This document shows positions 36,663-46,163 of a stretch of 64,000 nucleotides of DNA, piece after piece. The DNA is taken from the NCBI GenBank assembly GCA_021793315.1, contig JAJYSZ010000003.1, forward strand, positions 11,032 to 75,031, written 5' to 3'. The notes beneath the pieces are model-generated. The model was not told the origin of the DNA. It did not search any database and saw only the letters and a program-made list of their open reading frames with translations. A program made the translations under genes and the position numbers. This DNA comes from Bacillota bacterium. Lineage in GTDB: Bacteria > Bacillota > Sulfobacillia > JAJZYS01 > JAJYTV01. Position 1 is the first letter of the stretch. Each line of letters starts with the position of its first letter.

Positions 36663-37948
36663 AGATCGCGGTGCTGGGCGGCGGCAGCTCGTACACGCCG
36701 GAACTGCTGGAGGGACTGCTCCAGCGGCAGATGTCCATCGAAGAGGTCTGGCTCGTCGATGTGCCGGAAGGCCGCGAGAAGGTAGGGATCATCGCGGGCC
36801 TTGCCGAGCGCATGGCGGCCGCGATCGGGCGCCGGGTCCGCTTTCCCGTCACGGAGGACAGGAAGGCGGCTATCGCGGACGCGAGCTTCGTGCTCAGCCA
36901 GATGCGGGTCGGCGGACTCAGGATGCGCGGGGCGGACGAGCGGATACCGCTCAGACACGGCCTGCTCGGCCAGGAGACCACCGGCGCAGGCGGCTTTGCG
37001 AATGCCATGCGGACCATTCCCATCGCGCTGCAAGTGGCGGAGGAAGTGGAGAGGCTGGCACCAAAGGCGTGGCTGCTCAACTTCACGAACCCTGCGGGTC
37101 TTGTCACGCAGGCGATCTCCAGCGCCGGATACGAGCGGACGGTCGGGCTCTGCAACGTGGCCCGCACCACTGAGCGGCGCATCGCGCAGTTCGGCGGGCT
37201 GCCCCAAGAGTCGGTCGAACTCGAGGTCGCGGGTCTCAACCACCTGACAGGCAGCTGGATTCGCGTCGGCGGCCAGGACGCGACGGCGTTGGCGCTGGCG
37301 AGCGGAGCCCTCGAGGAGGAGCTTCGCCAGGTCGCTCCCGAGGCGGTGGTGCCGCAGGGCTTCTTCGCGGGACTCGGTTTCTTCCCGAACCCGTATCTCA
37401 ACTATTTCTTCTTCCCCCGCGCCACCCTGAGGCACGCCGAGCAGGCCGCCGCCTCGGCAGAGGGGACGCGCGCCGATCGGGTGCAAGCGATCGAGCAGCA
37501 GCTGTTCGCGCGTTACCGGGACCCGCAGCTTGCAGGCAAGCCGCCTGAGCTTGAAAAGCGCGGCGGCGCCTACTACTCCGAGGTGGCCGTGGATGTCATG
37601 ACGGCGCTGCAGGCCGACAAGCCGCGAAACCTCGTCCTCAATCTGCGCAGTCGCGGCGCCCTCCCAGGTTTTGCGGACGACGACGTCGTCGAGCGCAACG
37701 CCGAGGTGAGTCGCGCGGGCATCCGCCCGGTTCCTCGCAAGGAGCCCCTGCCGCCGCTGCTGCGGGGGGTGGCGCTGGCCGTCAAGGAATACGAGCGCCT
37801 GACGGTGGCAGCGGTGATGCAGGGGTCGCGCAGAAAGGCGCTCGAGGCACTGATGTGCCACCCGCTGGTGGGCGGCGCCGATCTGGCTGACAGGCTGCTT
37901 GACGACCTGGCGGCGGCCAACCGCGCCTACTGGCCCGAACTGAAGTGA
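36659..37948 (+). CDS. GH4 6-phospho-beta-glucosidase
   Basis: MKIAVLGGGSSYTPEL, GQETTGAGG, NFTNP, GLCN, GLNHL, KRGGAYYS. ATGA overlap with the upstream gene. Confidence 0.95.
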   Translation: MKIAVLGGGSSYTPELLEGLLQRQMSIEEVWLVDVPEGREKVGIIAGLAERMAAAIGRRVRFPVTEDRKAAIADASFVLSQMRVGGLRMRGADERIPLRHGLLGQETTGAGGFANAMRTIPIALQVAEEVERLAPKAWLLNFTNPAGLVTQAISSAGYERTVGLCNVARTTERRIAQFGGLPQESVELEVAGLNHLTGSWIRVGGQDATALALASGALEEELRQVAPEAVVPQGFFAGLGFFPNPYLNYFFFPRATLRHAEQAAASAEGTRADRVQAIEQQLFARYRDPQLAGKPPELEKRGGAYYSEVAVDVMTALQADKPRNLVLNLRSRGALPGFADDDVVERNAEVSRAGIRPVPRKEPLPPLLRGVALAVKEYERLTVAAVMQGSRRKALEALMCHPLVGGADLADRLLDDLAAANRAYWPELK

Positions 37949-38889
37949 ACGTCCTGGTCGGTGTCGACGGCGGCGGCACCCACACGCGCGCCCTGGCCGT
38001 CACGGGGGAGGGGCGTCTCGTCGGCGAGGGCCGGTCCGGCCCATGCAACCACCAGACCGTAGGCATCGACGGGGCCGTGGCGGCCGTGATGCAGGCTGTG
38101 CGCCAGGCGACGGCCGGAAGTCGCCCCGACGCGGTCGGGGCATGCCTTGCTGGCGTGGACCTGCCGGAGCATGCCGAAATGCTGCACGACCGGCTGGCCG
38201 AGGCCCTCTCCTGCCACGTGCATGTCGACAACGACATCGTCGCACCGCTCTGGGCGGCGCCGGGGGATTCGATCGGCGTCGTCGCCAGCGGCACGGGCGC
38301 TGCCATCGCCCTGCGCAAGCGGGGGGAAACAGGGCGCCTCCTCGCCCTCAACGACTACACGGGACCGCAGGGTGGCGCGGGCGACATCGCCACCCTGGCC
38401 CTGCGCGAGGCCATTCTTTCGGCCCAGGGCGCTGCGCCGCCCACGCGACTCCTGGAGCGCATCCTGGCGATCTTCGGGCTGCCGGATCATGTTGCCTTGG
38501 CCAGGGCGACGGAAGGGCCGGCGCTTGCGCCCTGGCAGGTGGCGCTACTGGTGGCGCCGCTCTGCGCCCAGCTGGCGGAGGAGGGCGACCAGGTCGCGCG
38601 CTCCGTCGTGCAGCGCGTGGGCGGCGCACTCGGCCAGACGGCCGGCCGCTACTTCGCGTCGCAGGGCCTCGCGTCTGGTTCCCCGGTGGCGCTGTACGGG
38701 TCTCTGCTGCGCGGTGGGCCCAGCAGGTATCGAGAGGCGTTCATGCGCGCGCTGCGCCGGCACTTCGCGGCTGGCGCAGCGCCGCAAGGCAGCCTTGACG
38801 CCGTGCAGGGCGCGGCGCTCTACGCGGCGGAGCGGGAAGGCGCGCAGCCCGAACGCCTGCGCCTCGCGTTCCAGGGGGCCAGGGCCTAA
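37945..38889 (+). CDS. BadF/BadG/BcrA/BcrD family sugar (GlcNAc/GlcN) kinase
   Basis: GVDGGGTHT, VDND, SGTG; GTGA overlap. Confidence 0.9.
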   Translation: MNVLVGVDGGGTHTRALAVTGEGRLVGEGRSGPCNHQTVGIDGAVAAVMQAVRQATAGSRPDAVGACLAGVDLPEHAEMLHDRLAEALSCHVHVDNDIVAPLWAAPGDSIGVVASGTGAAIALRKRGETGRLLALNDYTGPQGGAGDIATLALREAILSAQGAAPPTRLLERILAIFGLPDHVALARATEGPALAPWQVALLVAPLCAQLAEEGDQVARSVVQRVGGALGQTAGRYFASQGLASGSPVALYGSLLRGGPSRYREAFMRALRRHFAAGAAPQGSLDAVQGAALYAAEREGAQPERLRLAFQGARA

Positions 38890-39497
38890 CGGTCGCTCTG
38901 CCGCCGCAAGGCGTAGATCGCAAGCTGCGTGCGGTCCTGGAGATCCAACTTCTGCAACAGGCTTGAGACGTGTGCCTTCACGGTGCGCACCGTGATCGTC
39001 AGGCGGTCCGCGATCTCCGCGTTGCTTAGTCCCTGCGCCACGAGGTGCAGCACCTCCTGCTCGCGCAGGCTGAGGTCCGAGACCTTGGGCTGGCGCAAGG
39101 CTTCCACCGCTACGGCATCCAGGACCTGCTGGCCTTGCGCGACGGCGAGCACAGCCTGCAGCACGCCTTCCGCCGACGCGGTCTTCAGCAGGTAGCCGTC
39201 CGCGCCGGCCGCGAGGGCCGGCTGGACGAGGTCGCCCTCCGTATAGCTTGTCAGCAGCAGCACCCGCGTGTGCGGCGCCGCCGCCTTGATGGCCGCGGCC
39301 GCGGCCACGCCGTTCATCTTCGGCATGATCATGTCGAGCAGCACGACATCCGGCTGCAGGCGGTGGCAGATCGGCACTGCCTCCTCGCCGCTGGCTGCCT
39401 CGCCCACGACCTGAAGTCTCGGGTCCGTGGCGATCAGCGCAGCGAGGCCCTGGCGGACTACCGCGTGGTCGTCGACGAGCACGATGCGGACGCTCAA
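38886..39497 (-). CDS. NarL/LiaR-type response regulator
   Basis: LVDDHAVVRQG, DVVLLD, GYLLK, LuxR-type HTH (LSLREQEVL...TVKAHVS). Confidence 0.95.
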   Translation of the reverse strand: MSVRIVLVDDHAVVRQGLAALIATDPRLQVVGEAASGEEAVPICHRLQPDVVLLDMIMPKMNGVAAAAAIKAAAPHTRVLLLTSYTEGDLVQPALAAGADGYLLKTASAEGVLQAVLAVAQGQQVLDAVAVEALRQPKVSDLSLREQEVLHLVAQGLSNAEIADRLTITVRTVKAHVSSLLQKLDLQDRTQLAIYALRRQSDR

Positions 39498-40531
39498 ACT
39501 TCTTCCTCCTCCTCGGGCATAGTGAGTCCACTCAGCCTGAGCTGCACGGTGCAGCCTGCGCCGGGCCGGCTCTGGATCACAAGCTGACCGCCGATCTCGG
39601 CGGCGCGCTCGCGCATGCTGGCGAGGCCGATGTGGGCAACGACGCTGGCGGGATCGAAGCCGCAGCCGTTGTCCCCGATGCTGAGGGCGAGATCGTCGCC
39701 GCTGCGGCGGAGCGTGAGCGAGATTCGCGTCGGCTGCCCGTGGCGGATCGCGTTCGATACGGCTTCCTGGGCGATGCGAAAGAGCCTGTCCTCGATGCCC
39801 GCAGGCAGGGGGCCCTGGCCCTGCACCTGCAGGTCCGTCTCGATGCCCTGGCGTTCGCCCACTTCGTCCAACAGACTCTCAAGGGCCGCGGTGAGGCTGC
39901 GGCTGCCGAGCTCCACGGGCCTTAGGGCGCGGATGAGGCCGCGCATGCTGGCCTGGGCGCGCCTTGCGACTTCCTCCGCGCGACTCAGCTGCTCGCGCGC
40001 CCCGCCGTCCGACGCGGGCAGGATGTGGCGGATGGCCCCGAGCATCATGGCCAGGGCGAAGAGTTCCTGGCTCACGGTGTCGTGCAGTTCGCGCGCCAGG
40101 CGCTGGCGTTCCTCGAGCACAGCCACCTGCTCGGCCTGCTGGGCCAGATCCTGACGCTCGGCGGCCAGACGCCGCACGGCGGCCACCTGATCCGCAAGCG
40201 ATACCGCCATGGCGTCAAGCTGGCGCATGAGGTAGCGCAGCTCGCCCGCTCCTTGGCCGGGCAGCCTGGCGTCGAGTTGGCCGTGAGCGAGCAGCGCGGC
40301 ATAGAGGGACAGTTCGCGCAGGTCCCGCTTCAACGGTCTGGCCAGAAGAAAGCCGGCGGCCCCGCCGACGACGGCTCCCAAGGCGGCGCCGCCAAGCAGG
40401 ACGCCAAGCGGGTGCTGGGCAAGGCCCAGCGCCGCGAGGGCCGCGGCGGCGCCGATGATGAGGCCGAAGCCACCAATCTGCCAGTCGATGCCGAGGGTGC
40501 CGCCTTCCGGACGCTGTGGCTGGCTTGCCAT
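39494..40531 (-). CDS. LiaS-type sensor histidine kinase
   Basis: Two closely spaced TM helices, HAMP domain, EERQRLARELHD, QEAVSNAIRH, DNGCGF. Confidence 0.93.
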   Translation of the reverse strand: MASQPQRPEGGTLGIDWQIGGFGLIIGAAAALAALGLAQHPLGVLLGGAALGAVVGGAAGFLLARPLKRDLRELSLYAALLAHGQLDARLPGQGAGELRYLMRQLDAMAVSLADQVAAVRRLAAERQDLAQQAEQVAVLEERQRLARELHDTVSQELFALAMMLGAIRHILPASDGGAREQLSRAEEVARRAQASMRGLIRALRPVELGSRSLTAALESLLDEVGERQGIETDLQVQGQGPLPAGIEDRLFRIAQEAVSNAIRHGQPTRISLTLRRSGDDLALSIGDNGCGFDPASVVAHIGLASMRERAAEIGGQLVIQSRPGAGCTVQLRLSGLTMPEEEEEV

Positions 40532-41334
40532 CAGAACTGCTGCACGGTGATGTCACCGATCAGGAGATGCGCCATGATGCGCACCTTGCGCGGCGCGGCG
40601 TCGTAGCCCGGTGTCTCGTAGGTCAGGCGACGTCCGATGCCGTCGGCTGTTTGCCGGAAGATCCGGATGTCGCCGACCGTGACTTCCGCCACAACCGAAA
40701 CGGCGAGGTCCGTAGGCACCAGCACGGTGATGTCGCCGATCAGGGCATTCAGTTCGAACGGGGTCTCGCCGTCCTCGAGGTGCACCTGCGAGAGGTCGAG
40801 ACGCAGGTCGCCGATCAGGTGGCCCTCGTGATGCAGGCGTCGGCCGTGGTTGGCGCCGACCGTCGCGTCGACGTCGACGTCGACGTCGCCGATACCGTAC
40901 CGCCAGCCTTGGCGCCAGTCACGGCGCCAGTCACGCCGCCAGCCACGCCGCCAGTCGCTTCGCCAGTTGGGTCCGCGCAGCACTTCGAATGCGAACGCGA
41001 TGACGACGATTGCCCAGAAGATCGTCCCGGCATCGAAATGGCCGATATGCAGGGCACTCAGCTGGATGAGCGCCGCCAGCAGCAGGACCAGAAGGTAGAC
41101 GAGGGTGCCTCCGGCGCCTCGCGCCAGCCGGTAGATGAGGCCGACCAGGGACCATGCGATGATGGGCAGCGGCCAGTAGAGCTGGACGATCTGGCCAACC
41201 TCCGTGGCGCTGAGGCCAAGCCCGCGCACGGCCAGGATGACGCCCCAGGCGAGCAGCAGGTAGCCGATCAGGGCGCGGAAGCTGAACTCATGCCAGCCGT
41301 CGTGCCGCACATGCCTGTCGTCCATGCCGCTCAC
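40531..41334 (-). CDS. LiaF-like membrane protein (DUF2154-type C-terminus)
   Basis: Four TM helices, then LIGDLRLDLS...LIGDITVLVP...VGDIRIF...LIGDITV; directly upstream of the kinase gene. Confidence 0.85.
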   Translation of the reverse strand: MSGMDDRHVRHDGWHEFSFRALIGYLLLAWGVILAVRGLGLSATEVGQIVQLYWPLPIIAWSLVGLIYRLARGAGGTLVYLLVLLLAALIQLSALHIGHFDAGTIFWAIVVIAFAFEVLRGPNWRSDWRRGWRRDWRRDWRQGWRYGIGDVDVDVDATVGANHGRRLHHEGHLIGDLRLDLSQVHLEDGETPFELNALIGDITVLVPTDLAVSVVAEVTVGDIRIFRQTADGIGRRLTYETPGYDAAPRKVRIMAHLLIGDITVQQF

Positions 41335-41732
41335 GACCAGCCGCCCCCACGCCTGACGAGGTGGCGCAGGAAGCTCAGCCCCAGACCCACGAGCAGTACG
41401 GCGGCGAACAGCGTGCCGACCTCCACGTGCGCAATGTGCAGGGTGTCGACCTCGACCAGAGCCGAGAGGGCGGCGACGATGAGGTAGAACATCGTTCCCG
41501 CCGTGCCGCGCAGGAGATGCCAGAGAAAGCCGAGCAAGCCCCAGGCAAGGAACGGCACGGCCCAGTACAGTTGAAACGCCGTAGCGATCGGGCCATGCTG
41601 GATGCCAAGGCCAGAGACGGCGAGCGACAGACCCCAGACCAGGAGCAGCGCACCACCAAGCAGACGGCCGCCCTGGTCCACGGGCCAAAGATCGCTCACA
41701 TAGCTCTGTCGACGGATGCGCACCATGACCAC
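41331..41732 (-). CDS. LiaF/LiaI-like four-TM membrane protein
   Basis: Hydrophobic; resembles the TM half of the downstream gene (LLxWG, QLYW, YL, GT-F); translationally coupled. Confidence 0.75.
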   Translation of the reverse strand: MVMVRIRRQSYVSDLWPVDQGGRLLGGALLLVWGLSLAVSGLGIQHGPIATAFQLYWAVPFLAWGLLGFLWHLLRGTAGTMFYLIVAALSALVEVDTLHIAHVEVGTLFAAVLLVGLGLSFLRHLVRRGGGWS

Positions 41733-41842
41733 TCCCCAGTTCCGAACCGCGACCTGTCACCAGCTTAGGCGGCTTTGGGCGCCGGCACAGCGCACTGTGG
41801 GACAGCAAGGTGATTGTACCCGGGTCCAATCCGTCAGACCGC

Positions 41843-42649
41843 TCAGACCACGTTGAAGCGCGCCGTCATCATGCCGAAGTAGCTGGGACGGGCGTAGGCG
41901 AAGTCCTGCACCCGGTGCGGGCCGCCCATCATGCCCTGCAGGATGGCGAGCTGCCAAGGCGCGTCTGGCTTGGCGGCGTCAAGAAAGTCACGGGAGAGCT
42001 CCGCGAGCGGCGTGAGGTCCCCTGCCAGCGCAGCGTCCTGCACGAGCGCATCGTAGGTTGCCGCCGCGGGATCGAAGCCGTAAGGACCCTCCTTCTGATG
42101 CGCGTGCGCAAGATCCGCGCTCGCGATGAACGCCACGCGCCGATCCGGGCAGCATCGGGCGATCTCTTCCCCGAGGCGCACCAGGGGCCGCAGTCCGAGG
42201 TCGCGCGGCGGGCCGACGAGGCAGACCTTCGGCCCGACCTTGGCGCCCAGGAGGTAGTAGAGGGGAACGAGCGAGCCGAAGTCGAGGGGCAGCGTCGAGA
42301 GCGGTCCCTCGGCGGTTTGAAAGCTGACCCGTGCCGCTGGCAGGCCGGCAGCGGCGGAAGCCTCGGCCAGCGTCCGGTTGAAGGCGCGGTCGAGTTCGAC
42401 CCGCCGGCTGTAGACGGCGTCGCCGGCTTCCACCGAGCCTTCCGCGTAGGCTGTGTCCGCGATGGCCAAGAGGCCTCCGATGCGCAGATTGTGCGGGCTC
42501 GCGATGAGTACGAGGTCGGGCTCGCTGGCGCGCAGGGCGGCACCGATGGCCGCCATGCTGCGGCGCAGGACCAGAAGACCAGCGCCTGCCGCCGTGAACG
42601 GCAGAAGCTCGTCCCCATGGGGCATGATGGCTTTGAAGACGATCGGCAT
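41843..42649 (-). CDS. LigB/Memo-fold extradiol dioxygenase-like protein
   Basis: IMPHG, IASPH, LDFGSLVPL, IASADLAH, YARPSYFGM. Confidence 0.85.
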   Translation of the reverse strand: MPIVFKAIMPHGDELLPFTAAGAGLLVLRRSMAAIGAALRASEPDLVLIASPHNLRIGGLLAIADTAYAEGSVEAGDAVYSRRVELDRAFNRTLAEASAAAGLPAARVSFQTAEGPLSTLPLDFGSLVPLYYLLGAKVGPKVCLVGPPRDLGLRPLVRLGEEIARCCPDRRVAFIASADLAHAHQKEGPYGFDPAAATYDALVQDAALAGDLTPLAELSRDFLDAAKPDAPWQLAILQGMMGGPHRVQDFAYARPSYFGMMTARFNVV

Positions 42650-42729
42650 GACCTTCACCCCCTCGGGCGATTCCACCTGTGCCGCTGCATCCCTGCTCGG
42701 CATTGCACGCCGGGTGCGGTCAAGGTAGC

Positions 42730-42745
42730 ATACACGGTAGAGTAT
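42730..42745. promoter_or_regulatory. CsoR/CstR-type operator
   Basis: ATAC-ACGGTAGA-GTAT overlapping a TATGAT -10, upstream of the DUF302-CsoR pair. Confidence 0.6.
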
Positions 42746-42773
42746 GATAGCCCGAAACGAAGGAGGATGCGCC

Positions 42774-43175
42774 TTGTCGTTTGCGTACCGCGTGCAAAGC
42801 GCCAAAAGTGTGGACGAGGCGCTGGCCGCCGTGCAGGCGGCGCTCGCCGCACATCGATTCAAGGCCCTCTGGCAGACCGATATGGGTGCGATCCTGACGG
42901 AGAAGGGATTCCCGGGCCACGGGGCGCTGCATGTGCTCGAGATCTGCAATCCGGCCCGCGCAGACGAACTGCTGCGGATCGATGCGGACAATGCCTATTT
43001 TTTGCCCTGCCGCCTGCTCGTGCGCCAAACGGCGTCCGGCAGCGAAGTCGGTATTCTCAGGCCGGAAAAACTCATCGGTCTTGCGGAGGATGGCCCAAGC
43101 GCTGATCGCCAGGCCAAGCTCGCGAGCGAGGTGGAGGTAGAGCTTCGTGCCATCGTCGACGATGCCGCCCACTGA
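42774..43175 (+). CDS. DUF302 domain protein
   Basis: AGGAGG precedes TTG; LEICNP and FLPC motifs. Confidence 0.9.
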   Translation: MSFAYRVQSAKSVDEALAAVQAALAAHRFKALWQTDMGAILTEKGFPGHGALHVLEICNPARADELLRIDADNAYFLPCRLLVRQTASGSEVGILRPEKLIGLAEDGPSADRQAKLASEVEVELRAIVDDAAH

Positions 43176-43440
43176 CGGTCCGCATCTGGATTCGGAGCAG
43201 CGCCAGGCCTTGATTGCCCGCATGCGCCGCATCGAGGGGCAGGCCCGCGCGGTGGAGCGCATGATCACCGAGGACGACACCTGCGAACGCGTACTGCATC
43301 AGATCGCTGCGATGCGCGGGGCGCTGAGCCGGGTAGGGGCCGAGCTCGTGGCCTGCCAGGTGGCGCAGGAGATCACGGGCATGCCCAAGGCGGATGCGCG
43401 CCGCACGCTCTCGTACTGGATGAGCCGAATCGGACTCTAA
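43162..43440 (+). CDS. CsoR/RcnR/CstR family repressor
   Basis: RMRRIEGQ...C..VLHQIAA.RGAL...VAC. Confidence 0.9.
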   Translation: MPPTDGPHLDSEQRQALIARMRRIEGQARAVERMITEDDTCERVLHQIAAMRGALSRVGAELVACQVAQEITGMPKADARRTLSYWMSRIGL

Positions 43441-43448
43441 ATCCCGTG

Positions 43449-43497
43449 CACCGCGACAGGGGAGGGCCGCCATGTGGCGGCCCTCCCCTGTCGCGGT
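43449..43497. terminator. Long hairpin between convergent genes
   Basis: ACCGCGACAGGGGAGGGCCGCCA...TGGCGGCCCTCCCCTGTCGCGGT. Confidence 0.75.
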
Positions 43498-43499
43498 CT

Positions 43500-44335
43500 C
43501 TATTCCTGGCTCTCGGCCCACCGCGATGCCCTATGCGCCCCGGGGAGGTTGAGATACGCGATGGTTGTGATGATCAGAAAGGCCAGGTAGACGCCGACCT
43601 GCAGCACTGTCGGCGCCTGCGCGTAACCAAACAGGCTGTGCAGGATGTCGCCCAAGGGGCTCTCCTCGCTCAGCAGGGCCTGGCTGTGCCAGACGATGGT
43701 CGTCAGGACGTTGAGCCAGCCGATGGATTGGAACGACTCGATGGCGTCCGCGAGCAGGCCAGCCCCGAAGAGGAGAAGCAGCACGCCGAGCACATTGAAG
43801 AACAGGCCGAGCGGCGCTCTGCGGCCCAGACTGTACACCCACGCGCTGACGCCCAAACCCGCGAGCAGCCCGACGAAGGCGCCGAACAGCATGGGCAGGC
43901 CCTGCTGGTTTAGTGCGATCGCGAGCGTGAAGAAGGCAGTTTCGAGTCCTTCGCGGCCGACCGTGATGGCCGCGAGCAGGATCATGGCGCCGAGCGAGCC
44001 GCGCGACAGCGCGATGTCCACCTTGCGTTCGAGTTCCCCGCGGATCTGGCTGCTCTGACCTTTCATCCAGAAACTCATGTAGGTGAGCATGGCGGTAGCG
44101 ATGACGTAGGTACCGCCCTCGAGAATCGCCTGGACGCGCGATCCGTCGTACTGGTGGATCAGATGATAGCTGACCATGGCGACCGCCAGGTCGAGCGCGA
44201 CGGCGATGCCGACGCCAAGCCAGACGCTCGCCGTACGGTCCCTGCGGCCGATGCGGTGCAGGTATGCCAGGATGATGCCCACCACCAGGCTGGCCTCCAG
44301 CGTCTCGCGGAAAAGATGACGAATGTCGGAAGCAA
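43500..44335 (-). CDS. efeU: FTR1/EfeU iron permease, apparent 1-nt frameshift near codon 8
   Basis: RETLE and REGLE motifs. The family-typical N-terminus (TTG)LPTFVIF lies in a different frame, joined at a T4 run (44311-44314). Confidence 0.8.
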
Positions 44336-44449
44336 CCTCCGCCCCCCGCATGGGACACTAATATAAGTGAAACACTCAACATTTGTACCCGAGCGTCGGC
44401 GAGGCGTCAAGGTCAGCTAAGCAGGGAGCGGGGAGGTATTCGTCTAAAC

Positions 44450-45535
44450 ATGACGACCATGTCATGTTGCAAGGAGGGGCTGGCCACGGAGATCACCAAA
44501 GAGATGCGCAAGACGGAACGGATCGAGACCTGCCTACGCTCGGCGGGCAGCGAGGACAAGGACATCCTGCTGCTCGTGCACGGCAACGCCTCGTCGTCGG
44601 TGTTCTTCGACGAGCTGATCATCGACATGGCCGGCGACTTCCGCGTCATCGCGCCCGACCTTCGCGGCTATGGCGAGACGGAGCCCAAGCCGATCGATGC
44701 CCGGCGGGGCATGCGGGACTTCGCGGACGACCTCGCAGCCCTGGTGGACCACATGGGCCTCAGCGACTCCAGGCTCCACCTCTTGGGCTGGTCCATGGGT
44801 GCGGGCGTCGCCATGCAGTTCGCTCTCGACCACGCGGACCGGGTGGCTTCGCTGGTCCTGGAGAGCCCCTTGCCGCCGTTCGGCTTCGGTGGCACCAAGG
44901 ACGCTGTTGGCACCTCGTGCTGGCCGGACCGCGCCGGCAGCGGCGGCGGTGCGGCGAACCCGGAGTATGTGCGGCGCCTGGCGGAAAAGGACCGCAGTGA
45001 CGAGAGTCCCTTCTCACCGCGCAACGTGATGAATTCGTTCTACTTCAAGCCGCCGTTCCGCATGCGGCCCGAGCGGGAAGAGGAGCTCGTCTCCTCGGTT
45101 CTGGCCATGCGCATAGGCGAGGGCTTCTACCCAGGCGGGCTTGCGGCTTCGCCGAACTGGCCCGGCGTAGCCCCTGGGGAGGATGGCATCAACAACGCCA
45201 TGGCTCCCGGCTACTGCGATCTCTCCGGCTTCGCCGACATCCCGTCGCGCCCGCCGGTGCTCTGGGTGCGCGGTGCGGACGACCAGATCGTCTCGGATTT
45301 CTCCATGCTGGATTTCGGCACCCTCGGACAGCTGGGAGCGGTGCCGGGCTGGCCGGGAGCGGACGTCTTCCCGCCGCAGCCGATGGTAAGTCAGATGCGA
45401 CATCTGCTTGAGCGCTACGCAGCTGCCGGAGGGCGCTATCAGGAGGTGGTCGTCGAGAATAGCGGCCACTCCCCGCACCTGGAACAGGCGGCCACCTTCA
45501 CGCAAGCCTTGCGGGCGTTCCTCGCCGACGTCTGA
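44450..45535 (+). CDS. Alpha/beta hydrolase
   Basis: LVHGN, APDLRGYG, GWSMG nucleophile elbow, GADD, SGHSPHLE. Start codon uncertain. Confidence 0.9.
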   Translation: MTTMSCCKEGLATEITKEMRKTERIETCLRSAGSEDKDILLLVHGNASSSVFFDELIIDMAGDFRVIAPDLRGYGETEPKPIDARRGMRDFADDLAALVDHMGLSDSRLHLLGWSMGAGVAMQFALDHADRVASLVLESPLPPFGFGGTKDAVGTSCWPDRAGSGGGAANPEYVRRLAEKDRSDESPFSPRNVMNSFYFKPPFRMRPEREEELVSSVLAMRIGEGFYPGGLAASPNWPGVAPGEDGINNAMAPGYCDLSGFADIPSRPPVLWVRGADDQIVSDFSMLDFGTLGQLGAVPGWPGADVFPPQPMVSQMRHLLERYAAAGGRYQEVVVENSGHSPHLEQAATFTQALRAFLADV

Positions 45536-45590
45536 GCGGATCACTATGAAGGCGCCCGGCCGGCCGGCCGGGCGCCTGAAAAGTTCGGGA

Positions 45591-46163
45591 CTAAGGTGCG
45601 ACCTGCTGCACCGCGGCGGCGGAGACGACGCCGGCGCGCACCAAGCTTCCGCGCACCACGACCGCAGAGCCGACCGGATAGGCGGCAGACTTCGTGCCGC
45701 TTGGCAGGTCCACCCGCACGACCTCACCGCCGACCCGCACCTGCAGCGACTGGCTGGCGTGGCCCACCACGAAGCCGGTCCATGTCGACAGCTGCGACCA
45801 GTTTGGGCCGCCGTCGACCCGGATGCCCAGGTTGAAAGGCATCACCGCGCTGGCGCCGGTCGTGCGGGGCGGCTGCAGGTCGCGGCTGAACGACGGGTAA
45901 GCAAGGAAGGCAGCGAGCACGGCAGCCGCGGCTGCGGGCACCTGCAGGGGCAGGCGCGTGCGCGGGATACCGGCGTGGGCGCCTGCGGGCAGCGGCATCG
46001 CGAAGTAGGACTTGAGGTCCAGCGTGAGCCGCTGTTCGCCTTCAAGGCGTCCACGACAGTAGGTGCACTCGGAGAGATGCCGGTCGAGGCGCAGCGCCTC
46101 GTCGCGTTCCATCTCGCCGTCGACGTAGCGTCCGATGTCCTTGCCTGAAATGTGTGCGACCAT
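45591..46163 (-). CDS. Zn-binding (zf-HC2) membrane anti-sigma factor
   Basis: YVDGE...HLSECTYC (HxxxCxxC), one TM helix, small extracytoplasmic domain. Confidence 0.85.
   Translation of the reverse strand: MVAHISGKDIGRYVDGEMERDEALRLDRHLSECTYCRGRLEGEQRLTLDLKSYFAMPLPAGAHAGIPRTRLPLQVPAAAAAVLAAFLAYPSFSRDLQPPRTTGASAVMPFNLGIRVDGGPNWSQLSTWTGFVVGHASQSLQVRVGGEVVRVDLPSGTKSAAYPVGSAVVVRGSLVRAGVVSAAAVQQVAP

Noticed and set aside
44355-44390. AT-rich stretch upstream of efeU as a Fur box
   Set aside because: Only a weak TGA-N5-TCA symmetry; it does not match the Fur or DtxR consensus well enough to call.
45845-45875. TTGAS in the extracytoplasmic part of the anti-sigma factor as a flavinylation site
   Set aside because: It is a single 4-mer far from apbE with no paralogue or conservation evidence, so chance is likely.
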